This document shows positions 11,522 to 23,581 of a stretch of DNA of 64,000 nt, one piece after another. A program made the position numbers and the translations under genes. Numbering within the stretch: the first letter of the stretch is position 1; every line of letters begins with the position of its first letter. Source of the DNA: Pseudovirgaria hyperparasitica (taxonomy: Eukaryota); NCBI GenBank assembly GCA_010093815.1, contig ML996570.1. One strand, written 5' to 3'. Under the pieces are notes generated by a model. The model was not told the DNA's origin. It was given only the letters and a program-made list of their open reading frames with translations, and searched no databases.

Positions 11522-14500
11522 TCATTGCGGGGTAAACCGTTCCTCGTCCAACAGCGTCTTCTCTGTCCAACATTCCTGAATCCATTCCGTAGTGACCATA
11601 CGGGGTACTTTCGTCTTGTGAGATATTTGCGACCGAATGTCTTTGAGCCGTGATCGGTCCTTGCCGATCACCACATGAGTGATGTTGCAGTCGTCAAGAT
11701 CGCCGCAAGTTCGTCCGCTACCGAATCTTACAATGTTCGTAGCGAGAAACATGCTTAATTTGTCCTCCTTCCCGGTGCTACAGACGTCTTCATCTTCCAT
11801 AACTGTATCACTCGAGCCGTTGTCGAAGTAGACCACAACGCCACGAAATACGCACCCTGGCAAGCCACCCATGTCGATCTCATCGCCTTCCGCGTCATCA
11901 ACATCCATGACTTCGTCGTCATCATCCTCTTCCTCCATCTTCGGCATTACTCTGAACAATTCTTTGAGACCGTCAGGTGTCAGATCTCGCGCATAGCTAT
12001 CACCATACTTGTCAATATTATTGTCGGCTGAAAGCTGGTCCTCTTCGATGCCGAACAATAAATGGCTAGGCTCATAGGGCAGGAGATATTTCGGCCGACT
12101 AGCATCAGCATTGCTTTGGGCGATGCAGTCAAATAACCATAATGGGCGTACGACAGACCGATCCTGTCGCTTTTCGATAGCTGCTACAGCCAAGGGTCGT
12201 CTATCAGCAATGCATATGATCTTCTCGTCTCTGGCATTCGCAATTATATTGCCGCCATTTGACTTGATCAGCTGCTCGAGCTCAGCCTTGTTCCTCTTTT
12301 GTGGTTTCAGAGCCTCAGTGAGAACGTGGAACGTCATGCCCTCGAAAACTCTGGTCTGTGGACCTGCGTATGGTGTTTCTACTCTCTCGTTGGTACCGGC
12401 AACAATTAAAGGTCTTTTCCTGGAGCGTGTCGATCGTTGCTTCCTGTTGGCCATCAGTTCAAATTTCTTTTCTTGTTGTTCCTGTTCCGCATTGTGCTTC
12501 AAGTCCAGAAAGCCTTGGTACGTGAGAGCAGATTCCCAATCCTTGTCCAGTCGTAACTTCTTGAAGCGGGGAAACCTGAGCGTGAACTGTGTTCGGAATT
12601 GATCCGTAGGCGTGACGGATGCTGCTTTAACGGAAACCACGAGAGAGTCTCGGGGGTTGATGTAGACGTCGGGCCTCTCATATTGTTTATCCAGGCCTCC
12701 AAGCTCGATGAGATGTTTTGGTGGCTTCTTGGGATCCCATGTGACCCATTTACCCTCGGTTCGTTCACGAATCTCTGCGTAATCCTGCGCCGCGAAGCCA
12801 CCTCCAACCTTGAAGAAAGAGTGAAAAACTTGTGTCGATAATGACTTTGGGCCACTATCAAATCGAAGTCCACACAAGAAGCTCGAGAGATTACCGCCTC
12901 GATGACCGGAACCATAATAGCCACCGATGACCACGCAATCAAGTTCTTCTCCAAACTCTGACATGTACTCAGGCTTGACCTTGACCCAGTCATCATTACG
13001 GCTATTCAGGCGATAGATAGACCGAGGATTCTTAATCACCAATCCTTCAGAGGAATCGGCCACAACCTTGCGAAGCTCTGTTTCGATTTCTTTTTTCGAG
13101 CTGGCTTGTTGGTAAGGATGAATTTCGAGGCGGTCTGGGACATTTTCAATACTTGATTCGAGGGCCCGTCTCCGATCGCGCAATGTATATTTGGTCAGCG
13201 GGGTATCGTTCAAGAATAGGCAGTCAAACACACGAAACACCGGTCGGTTCGTAAGGCCGTATGGGTTCTTTTGCTCGGACAATGCAGCGGTTTTCAAGGT
13301 ACCAAATGGCACTATAGCTTTTTGCTCCATACTCCATGTGATCATCTCGCCGTCCAGGATAATATTACGTACCCCGTCCTTGAAGGCTTTCCTGAGGTGC
13401 CTGGTCAAGGCGCTATTCTCATCCTGAAGTCCATTGCCATACAGATAAGTATAGTCCTTCGCCTTCCTTGACCAAAAGTTGAACCGCACACCACCAGCAA
13501 CAGATTCATCTTGAACCATGTGAAGCTGCATGCGCTCACCGTCTAGCTTTTCTTCGATCCAGAAAACGTTGTCATCTTCCGTAAGATGCATTTTGGACAA
13601 GACCTTGTCGAATGTGTGCTCTTGGAATTGTGCTAGCTGGGGTTGAAAGCATTGCATTAATGCAACACCAACTTCACTCCCTTGCAGGCGAAGGGTTGGA
13701 TCATACAGCTCCCAGCAAACTCGACGAAGGCTGGATGATATGTTGAATAGTTGCTCAGCATCCGGATGCCAGATATCAAAAAAGGTTTTCTCTGTTGCGC
13801 CTACTTTCATTTGCCGAAGAATGATTCGGATGAGCCAGGTCATCTCCTCTGCGTTCATGTGACTGTAGAATTGCTGAAACAAAGGAAGTTGTTCCTCTTC
13901 TTTCGATATGGCTGACAGGCGGTTCAGCATTTCGTTGACGTCGCCTATCGTGTAAAGCCCAGGACTGGATCTCATTTGTCGGCCTTTAAGAACTTCATAG
14001 CAGCGTCCGGCAAAATCGCCTGCGTTAGCTGTCGTAGAGTTGCGCCCTGGGAGTTTCCAGTTGAGCATGCCGTATGCGCCGTCCGAATTCCTGTCTATTC
14101 GAAGTACCTTGATCAATATCTTCGCGATGGCCTTCTCTTTCAAGCCATACATGGAGCGATCGCGATCTTTCTCTGGTACAATCAATCTAAATGCCGGATA
14201 TATGTCGTTGCCAACCTCATTTCTCCATCTCGAAATAAAGCGTTCAACGATGTTCCTTCTGACTTCATGCGGGCTTAAGTTGGCGGGGCCATGAGGTCCC
14301 TGTTTCCGCCTGGCCTGAACAGGACCTGTGGGCTTCTTCTTGTTTTCATTGAGGGGGTTGAACAGCGATGAGTATAACTCATGGAACGGCAAGGTCTTCG
14401 AGTGATTGTGAGGTCGGTTTGGGTAGCTAAAGGCAGTCAGACAGTCCGTCAAGATGCTGAGCGGCCAGCCTACTTTGTGTCAAGTTCTTTTAGATTCTCG

Positions 14501-14571
14501 CCAATATACTGTTTGCGTTCTTCTTCCGCAGCATCTGCGTCCTGCATCCGTATATCTCGGACTCGAGCCAT
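11522..14571 (-). CDS. LIG4: DNA ligase IV (NHEJ), with two BRCT domains
   Basis: Adenylation motif EEKLDGERMQLH, ILDGEM, SEGLVIK, WVKVKPEY, LRFPRF, and C-terminal BRCT repeats. Exon 1 from ATG 14571; intron 14473-14427. Confidence 0.95.
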
Positions 14572-15227
14572 TATGATATGAGGGTCGTGGTGGGGTACTC
14601 GGAGCGCTTATGGCGGCGAATTTGGGGACGCTGGCGTAGACTTCCAGGCGTGAACGTGCGCGCTCCTCACGTTGGGGCGGGAGTCTGTTAGCAGCAACAT
14701 CGTATCACTGGTGATATTGTATATATGTCATTTGGCTATATGAATAGGCATCCATACTCGGCATTCAGAAGGCACACGCGCCGAGTTAAACCTTGAGTCG
14801 CGTGGAAACCACGCTAGCACGTGTATCTTCCGCATGGATCCATTTGTCCAGGCACGAAGTCGGATCATATCATCAATAATTCCTGATATAATGTCGCATT
14901 TATAGCATGTATAAACTGCTTACTAAAACATCACATGCTCAACATCCCTTCCTGTAATATTCATATCCTGAGGCGCTGCGTCGAGCGTGTAGTAACGGCT
15001 CTTCACACAAAGCTGGGTATTGACTGCTGCACAAATGGAGTCGTTCTCACCCAGGTCTCACATATAGGAAGAGGATTGCTACTCAGCAGTGGCTGCTTTT
15101 TGACCCAACGCAGAAGCTCTCCCGTCTCTATGATGGTGAGAAGCCAGATATTAGAACTGGTAGCACCAGGTGTCGTTCATTCGTATAATGATTTGATATT
15201 GCGTGTTCTACAGTCCACGGCATAGTC

Positions 15228-16532
15228 TCACCTACCATAACCTCTGAGGAAGAGAGACAGGGCAGCGATACCGCCCACAGAGGCAACGAACATAGCCAGA
15301 CCTTCTTTCGTCGTCGTCAGATAAGCCAGAACCCCGACAACAACCTCATAACGTCTGAGTGCTTGGTAGCGGGACTGCCATTGCGGGTCTATGGAGAAAG
15401 GAGGGTTTAACCGAATGTCGTCTGCTTCCGGATCCGGATCCTGCCATGCTTCTAGTGGAGCCGTCACGGATAGCGCCACTGGTCTGTGGTCGGACGTGGG
15501 CTGCACAGCGAGACTTGTGTACTTCCTAAGTTGGAGCTGAGACGACTTCTTTGGAGGAGGGAGGTAAAGGCAGCGATCGCACCACGAAGGAAAACGATGT
15601 TTAGCCCATTGCCAGCTGCTATCTGCCCCAGTATTAGCCGCCATTGCTATGGGCGTGGCTTTATGCGATAGCTTGTAGGTCGGTGGGAATGTGATGGGCA
15701 GCTCCTCAAATCCATGACAAGTCCGGCCTGCCTTCATCTCACGAGTGAGCTGATCTTTGGCCAGGAGCTTTGCAAAGTGTACGGGGGAGGCCTCTGATTC
15801 CACGGCTTTTGGATAAGTCTGCCACGTCTCCGACTCGGGCGGAGCATCGCTTGTCCTGTAGTTCAGATCGCCGCAGAAAAATACATGCCCCCGAGCGTGA
15901 TAAATGGCTTTCGGATCGTCACCATCTCGAAGGATCGGACGCGATTCGATTCCCATCTGCACGCTCTTGCTCGGGGCTCCTAAGTCATCGTTCACGAAGA
16001 CTAGAGTGCGCACAATGGTCTTCCAATCCTCGTTCCGCCGCTGAACAGCTTCTTCCATAGGAGCCAAATGTGCAGCTATGAAGGTCAAATCTAGCTCTTG
16101 CGCGTCTGCTTCGTGCTTAAGGCCGAGTATAGCTCCGACAGCACCTTTGTTTCCCATATCCCAGAATCCAACTCCTGTCGCAGCCGACTGCACTCGAGTG
16201 ATTTGCGGGACAATATGTTCTTTCGCATACACAACGAGGGCGGTCATTCCCATGTTCCTCTGGAAAACAGACTCGTAGCGAACGGAATCGCCTCCAAGAT
16301 GATGAGCGGCAAGATGGACAGAGGTGTCGATTCGATCGAAGTAGGGGTTTAGGAATGATCCCCCAAGGAAGCTGTATGATATGGGCGCAATCTCTTGCAG
16401 TGAGATAGCAATAATATCGGGTAGCGCAGCATTCTTTGGTAAGGCATCAAAGAGATGCGGTGCAAAGGCCGATGGCTCCACTAAGGCTCGTCCACAATTG
16501 AACGTGATCAGGTATAGCTCGAGTGAAGACAT
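15228..16532 (-). CDS. Inositol polyphosphate 5-phosphatase with C-terminal membrane anchor (INP54-like)
   Basis: Motifs ITFNCG, GNKGAV, FIAAHLA, FFCGDLNYR, FPPTYK, PSWCDRCL and SDHRPV; hydrophobic C-terminus. Confidence 0.9.
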   Translation of the reverse strand: MSSLELYLITFNCGRALVEPSAFAPHLFDALPKNAALPDIIAISLQEIAPISYSFLGGSFLNPYFDRIDTSVHLAAHHLGGDSVRYESVFQRNMGMTALVVYAKEHIVPQITRVQSAATGVGFWDMGNKGAVGAILGLKHEADAQELDLTFIAAHLAPMEEAVQRRNEDWKTIVRTLVFVNDDLGAPSKSVQMGIESRPILRDGDDPKAIYHARGHVFFCGDLNYRTSDAPPESETWQTYPKAVESEASPVHFAKLLAKDQLTREMKAGRTCHGFEELPITFPPTYKLSHKATPIAMAANTGADSSWQWAKHRFPSWCDRCLYLPPPKKSSQLQLRKYTSLAVQPTSDHRPVALSVTAPLEAWQDPDPEADDIRLNPPFSIDPQWQSRYQALRRYEVVVGVLAYLTTTKEGLAMFVASVGGIAALSLFLRGYGR

Positions 16533-16949
16533 CTTTGGACAAAGATGCCGGGTATAGATGCGACCAGGGCAGGTCGTGTTGCAATCATGGCTGTCGTGGA
16601 TACAGGAGATGGATGCCAGTCTACCTAGTTATGGATACCAGTGACGTGTGTCCGGGTACTAAAATAGCGTACTAGGTACCTTAGTAGCTTGTTAGTGCTT
16701 CGGGAGACCCCACTTTTAACCTATTTCATAAATCAGTATTTCACGTCCAAAGGATTTCTATTCTTCTTTGACAGATGTTAGTATATGGATATTCTGGTAA
16801 AATGACAGAGTCTAGCTCAGATTTGTTCCACTGAACAATAATTCAATGAAATAATATTAGAATTGAAGGGGTATAGCTCCTTCCATCTAATATAGAGGAA
16901 GTTGAAGGGACAAAAATCGAATTAACATTTATGACGACGGGTATATATA

Positions 16950-19900
16950 CTATGCGAATTGCCTACGTCGCCCAAGGCTTACGTCGATCTGACTGGGAGT
17001 ACTATCTACAAGTACACGACTCCTCAAACTATTCGTTTCTCCCAAACTCAGATTATGAAGGTCTGGTAGACCGTACGAGGTTCTCTCCGACTGTTGTGGT
17101 ATTTTGATCCCGATTTCCTTCTCCGTTGGACTAGTCGATAATATGGACTCCACCATGCCTGGTAGGCGGATAGAGGTGGCTCCCAGAGTCCGCTTCATAT
17201 CTGCAAGGAGCACTTCCATCGGACAGATGTATGCGATTCTATTGCGCTCACAATACGCCAGTACATGACCACACACGCGCCCTGATTCATTATCAATGAC
17301 CCAGGCTCCTGAATCACCACCCTCTTGTAAAAAGTCAGTAATGGAGCTCAGTCGATCGAGAAAAAATCTTAGAACATACCCCCAAATTCTCCACCTACCA
17401 CTGACCAGCTTTTTGAGAAGGATCGTCTTTGGTATACACGCACCGAACTCATGACGTAGCCAGTCACTCCTCCCTTCAATCCGCTCGTCCGCCCAAAGCA
17501 GTGAACATTGAGACCTCCGATATCCTTCGACCCAGCAACCTCGCTCGGGTACTCGTCTTCTTCGGGTGTAAAGTTTCTCCGACAAACAGGATCCCGGAGC
17601 TGCGGACCGCCCTTTGTATCTCTCTTGGTGTAGTATCTACCACCTCCCTGAACAAGGTTGAAAGGCTGAAGTCGATCATCCTTGAGTTTCAGTAGCGCCC
17701 AGTCAATCTCGTGGACAATACCATTTTGAGTCCATCGTCGAACACCAGAGGAAGCGTGTACATGACCCAATGTAAAAGAGTCCAGGTGATCTTCAGGTGC
17801 GTCTTCATCATTGGGGAAGAAATCTTCATCGACATCTTGAAACGCTGGCTGTGTGATGTATAATTCATCTCCATCGCCAACGTCATACCCTTCAACATCT
17901 CCCTGTGTAGAGGCGGACGACAGTTGATCCGACTCCACATCAGTCTCATCATCAGACATATCTGAGCCAACTGAATCGTAACCAAGATCATCCTCCGAAT
18001 AGTCCTCGTCAGATATGTCAAAGGGATCGAGAGCATCTGGCACATTGAGTTGAGGCTGCAACCCCATCTGGATTAAGCAGGGATCGCTGGTAGACCGTGC
18101 ACTCGACCTTGTTATGTCTTCTGGACTTATTTCATCATCAGAATCACTCTCGTCGTCGTCAGACTGTGGATCTAGGAGATGGTGTACGGTCATGCCATAA
18201 GGTTCGTTGTCCACTATGACTACACCACCGAAAGAAACCGGAGGAAGGTGCTCATTGCCGACAAACGCACCAATAGAGGCGCCACATAGCGGACGTTCGT
18301 AGTAGTAAGGATTCTCAGGCTTTGATACATCATTGCCATTTGATCGTGAAACACTACGATTTGACTTCTGGGCGAGCTTTGAGCGGCGTATACGTCCCTT
18401 ACGGACCTTGAGATCGAAGATCTCATGGTTATATATGAGCTTTCTGGCTAGCACAGTCTTCACTTTCGATGTGCTTGTGCATGTCACAAAAATTGTCGGT
18501 TTTGCTTCCGCCGGCGTAGCTCCAATCGCCATAAGATCAATGCTTATGGTCTCTGGCGAGTCCTTTAATGCTCGTGAGATTATACGTTCCAGGCGAGGTA
18601 GTAGGGATTCGTGCCACTGATCTGTAACGCTCTGGGGGAATTTGATAGGGTGGATGCGTATCTTGGGCCTTACAGGTTTTTCGTATATCTGTATGCTCAT
18701 TGTTGTGGTGTCCATGGGTACTAGCTCTGGTTCTGGGGTAGGGTATGGTAGAGCGCTTCTGGACTCTGTATCTGAAGAGTCTTGCAGGCTAGTAGTCATT
18801 GACGCACTTTCTGATTGCATAGCGAGTTTTTGCTTCCAGCGTCGTTGTATGATGGTTACCTTGCGCTTGTATTCTTTGAACGATGATCTTTGCGTTTTTG
18901 TACGCCAGGCACGTTGAATGATGCTGGCCGCAGTAGAGAAGCTCTCTTTGTACAGCGAAGAGATTTCTGACAGGCTCTCTCTGCTAGGCGACTGAATATT
19001 GTTTCTTTGAGCGTCCCAAGTGGTAGGATCATCATCCCGTAAGGTAGGAGCTGTGGACAAGTCATGTAGCGTGACACTTTGCCGCGGTTGTAGACCAGAT
19101 GGCTCTGTGCCAACGGGAGCTTGTGCTGGAAAGAATGAAGATCCTTTTGACTGTTTTCGAGCGTCGGATATATGCGACTCTTTCTCTAGGCTCAGGCGTT
19201 TTACGATATGCGATGGGAAGGAGTCTTTTGGACTTCCAGCATTTTGATCTGACAATTGACGCTTTCTGATTCGGTTTGGTTCCTTGGCAGAAGCTTGAAG
19301 CGCAGCATCGTGTATTTCTTCCGAGGGTTCGTGTTCGTCTAATAAGCAGCATCTTTGCAACCTTGTGAGAACAAAACCGTATATTTGCGGGATACTTTGC
19401 GCGGTCTGCTTCTTAGAGATAATGCGGTCTGCGACCGTGAAGCATTCTCGAACAGCTTGCATATATGCAGACCCACATTTGGCGGACAGTTTGCGAATCC
19501 ATAGGTCTTCTAACCGAATTTTGAAGTCATCGAGTGAGTATTTTGCTTTGAACAGATCGGACAGGGGTAGCCAGAGACCTATTTCAAGTAGAACCAGAGC
19601 CAGGGAGTACATATCGAAATGTAGGCCGGCTATACTAGTGTTCTTTCCATTGTTACGGGGATCTTGAGGATGTCTGTAGATATCTTGATGAGGTGTTTGT
19701 GCTTTCACTTCAGTATTGTACTCCGAAAACAAGTCAAACGAGCAGAGAAGCGGCTGCCTAACATTGAAATCAGTAGCACCCATCCCTGGAGTTCGACCAG
19801 CCGGCAGCCTATTGCGAAAAAGGAGTATGTGGCTGCTTCGAATGTCTTTGTGTTCGAACTCGATTTCGTGAGATTTACTGACTGCTTTTGCAACACGAAA

Positions 19901-20974
19901 TGCTAGTCGAAATCGCTCTTCTAAAGGTGGCGGAAGTGTTGGATTGCCTTTTTGAGATGCTGAAGAGGCCTTCAACAATGTCGAGAGCGGTGTCGGCTGA
20001 ATAGACCTAGGCTCCAACGTATTGAGCTTCGCGAAGCTTGGGATCTCGTATACGAGACCAAAACGAGCATGTTTCGGGTCCTCGAAGAACCCTAGACACA
20101 CGAATGCCGCTGATGTAGACTCATCTGTTTGCAATTTAGTGAGTAACGCGAGTAAATGTTCTAGTCGGTCAAGGGGTGGTGCTACGCCCGTAGTACTGTA
20201 AGTAGGGTCGAAGTTGGCATATTCGACTAGGACTGGAATATGGACAGTTTTACTTCCACTTGTTTTCCAAGGATTCGTTGATGAATGTGATTGCGCCAAC
20301 GACCCAAGAACAAGGCAAGGGGGCGGGGCTTCGGTACTATCATAGGGCGGCGGATCCTCCTGTGCAAGCACCAACGAAGATATGTCAAGCTTCGGAGGTA
20401 GACCAGTATTGAAAGAAAGGTTTGGTAGATTCGGGTTCACAAGAGTTATCTCAGACGAGCTGTATGCTCCGGAGAACAATGCTGCTCTTGACTTGGATAG
20501 CGGTGCCAAAGCAGCAGCAGATTCTTTCCGAGGTGTTATTGAGCGCGAAAGATCATAAAGAATATCAATTGAAGTGGTAAGGTCTTTTGCTAGATCCTCA
20601 TACCGGGAGTGGTCAAAATTCGAATTCGTGTTGCTATCCTTGGGATTACTAGCATCGGTACCCGACTTTGTTGTCATCCGATCGGCCTCGTCGAGGATAT
20701 CCTTAATAGTGCCTAGAACACTCGTAACTGTCTCTGTCAAGCCCGCGCGAGCGACAGGCTCATCGATGTCGTCCTGCGACACAGCATCCTTGTCTCTCCA
20801 ATCGAGGCCCCAAGCAACGAGACGATCTTTTTGAATACGGTACTTTCGATGGAGAGCACCGAGCTCCGGATGGTTATCGATCTTGTTCGTTTGAATGACC
20901 GCCTGGCTGGAGTACTTCGTATCCGAATAAAGTTTTGATAGGCGCTGTGGGTAGGCGAAATGGACGTAGGACAT
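16950..20974 (-). CDS. HeLo/HET-s-N-like + kinase-like + IQ motifs + Ssy5-like (S64) serine protease fusion protein
   Basis: First ATG at 20974. [19 protein letters not shown] (HeLo-like); [12 protein letters not shown] and [15 protein letters not shown] (kinase-like); IIQRAWR and IIQRRWK (IQ-like). Triad candidates [15 protein letters not shown] and GGDSGAWV, the last created by splicing intron 17379-17324. Confidence 0.8.
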
Positions 20975-22112
20975 CTCGTGATGTCGCTGAAACCAACTCG
21001 TGACTTGGTCGCCGCTGGTGGTGATTTTGGTCAACAGCTATGGGCAGTAGATGCAATGCATAACTTTAGAAGTATTTGCTCCGAAATGCGCCAGCTAGTT
21101 ACGTGAGTAGTCGGGCAGTGGGCACCTTGAGTTCTTGAGGTTTGATAATGGACTAAAAAGCTGTTGCCTGCATGGCTTACGACTGGCATCGCAAACGGAT
21201 ATCTTGGCAGATCGCGCACGGATCACCCAGCTCTGTATTATGCTCAGCCTCACACCGGGCAAGATTGGTGGCGCCTGGCATGTGATGCACAGCCACATTT
21301 CCAGACGAAAATGCAAATAGGAATAATAGCCTGCGCCGCACGAATATTAGTATGCTTCTGGGAACTACAAGTTGCGCATTGAGCCACGTGTGTCACGTGC
21401 ATCATTGGTTTCCAAAGGTTGTAACATGCCGCCAACGGAGGCTGCGTGATTCTCAATCTGTCTAACACAGAGTTCCTATCAATCAGTCCAACTTCAATTC
21501 TACCTCTCTAGAATTGACTTAGTCTAGTTTAACTAAGGCCTCTTACTAAGGGTTAGATCTTTAGTCTAATTTAATTCTAGGGTAGGATTAAGTTACTAAT
21601 AGTTAAGTTAAACTAAAGTTATATATAGTATATATATATATATAGAGTAGTATTTTTAGGTATTAAGTTTAGGGGGCTATCTACTAAGGATAGTCCGTTA
21701 GCTAATAGTAACCTATACTAGTCTCTCTATATCTAGCCTATTCTAGCTATTATTCTAAGCCTTATATTTTTAAAGTATTTACTATCTCGACTTATAATCA
21801 TTATGTCTACTACCACGCGTTAATACTATTAATATAGCTTCTTAGCGCCTAGTTCGTGCGTCTAAAGTATACTCTCGTAATATATTTAAATAGTAATATT
21901 CCTAGATTAAGTATACATAGAGAATCGCGCGTCCTAGAAAGTCCTAGAATATATTATCTCTTAATAAAGATAATAAAGATAATAATAATAATATAACTAT
22001 CTATAGACTAATACTACTATCTCTACCTAGTACTAGCTTTATACTATACTAGTCTATACCCAAAGACCTATATAGCTACCTAGTATAAGAGAGAGAGGTA
22101 ATAGAGATAGAT

Positions 22113-22340
22113 TATAAGAATAGGGTTATTAGATAGTAGTATAGTTAGATAGAATAATAGGGTATATTCTATTATAGAACGAATTACTACTAAACCCTTT
22201 TAGTAGGAATCCGAGAGTATATATATAAAGGGACGCCGATCTATCTAGTACGTAACTATTTACCGCCCTTTATATTACCTTCTAACCCTATTAGCTAAAG
22301 TATATATAGATTAGGTTCTACCTAAGGCTAAGTCCTAATA
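22113..22340 (-). repeat. 3' LTR of Gypsy A
   Basis: Direct repeat of 59932-60159, same length; TATAAGAATAGGG...CTAATA ends are consistent with RIPed TG..CA. Confidence 0.9.
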
Positions 22341-22791
22341 ATTATTCCTTCTCTCTAGGAAGCTACCCTTAGCGACCTAGATTATTATCTATCTCTATAT
22401 CCCTATTCTAAGTCTTATAAGACCTTAGTCGTTCTCTATACTTTATCTTAGATACTTACTAATATTTACTAATCTAAGATTTATATAAGCGTTTTTCTAA
22501 TAAACTAGATTTTATCTATCTTAACTTCTTATATAGGTAAGATTACCTAATTAGGCCTAGCGTATCACATAATATAATTAGATAAGCCTAGGTGCTACCT
22601 ATATTAAAATCTTTTCTTAGAAATATTCCTTTCTTTAAAAAACTTCATTAGGAAAGATACAGCGCTCCTAAGTACTCCTAAGTACTCCCTAAGTATTCTT
22701 TCATCCCATTATATCTATCGGGCGGACCTACTTACTATCTATCCTAACGGGACGGCTTTATATAATTTATACTAAGTATTCCGTTTATACC

Positions 22792-23581
22792 NNNNNNNNN
22801 NNNNNNNNNNNNNNNNNNNNNNNNNNNNNNNNNNNNNNNNNNNNNNNNNNNNNNNNNNNNNNNNNNNNNNNNNNNNNNNNNNNNNNNNNNNNNNNNNNNN
22901 NNNNNNNNNNNNNNNNNNNNNNNNNNNNNNNNNNNNNNNNNNNNNNNNNNNNNNNNNNNNNNNNNNNNNNNNNNNNNNNNNNNNNNNNNNNNNNNNNNNN
23001 NNNNNNNNNNNNNNNNNNNNNNNNNNNNNNNNNNNNNNNNNNNNNNNNNNNNNNNNNNNNNNNNNNNNNNNNNNNNNNNNNNNNNNNNNNNNNNNNNNNN
23101 NNNNNNNNNNNNNNNNNNNNNNNNNNNNNNNNNNNNNNNNNNNNNNNNNNNNNNNNNNNNNNNNNNNNNNNNNNNNNNNNNNNNNNNNNNNNNNNNNNNN
23201 NNNNNNNNNNNNNNNNNNNNNNNNNNNNNNNNNNNNNNNNNNNNNNNNNNNNNNNNNNNNNNNNNNNNNNNNNNNNNNNNNNNNNNNNNNNNNNNNNNNN
23301 NNNNNNNNNNNNNNNNNNNNNNNNNNNNNNNNNNNNNNNNNNNNNNNNNNNNNNNNNNNNNNNNNNNNNNNNNNNNNNNNNNNNNNNNNNNNNNNNNNNN
23401 NNNNNNNNNNNNNNNNNNNNNNNNNNNNNNNNNNNNNNNNNNNNNNNNNNNNNNNNNNNNNNNNNNNNNNNNNNNNNNNNNNNNNNNNNNNNNNNNNNNN
23501 NNNNNNNNNNNNNNNNNNNNNNNNNNNNNNNNNNNNNNNNNNNNNNNNNNNNNNNNNNNNNNNNNNNNNNNNNNNNNNNNN
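22792..23581. other. Assembly gap (790 N)
   Basis: N run; a second gap of 70 N lies at 32929-32998. Confidence 1.

Noticed and set aside
21803..22110. Intact hAT transposase
   Set aside because: Only about 1.1 kb of element sequence remains and I recognised no catalytic motifs; the hAT assignment rests on the TIR and 8-bp TSD only.
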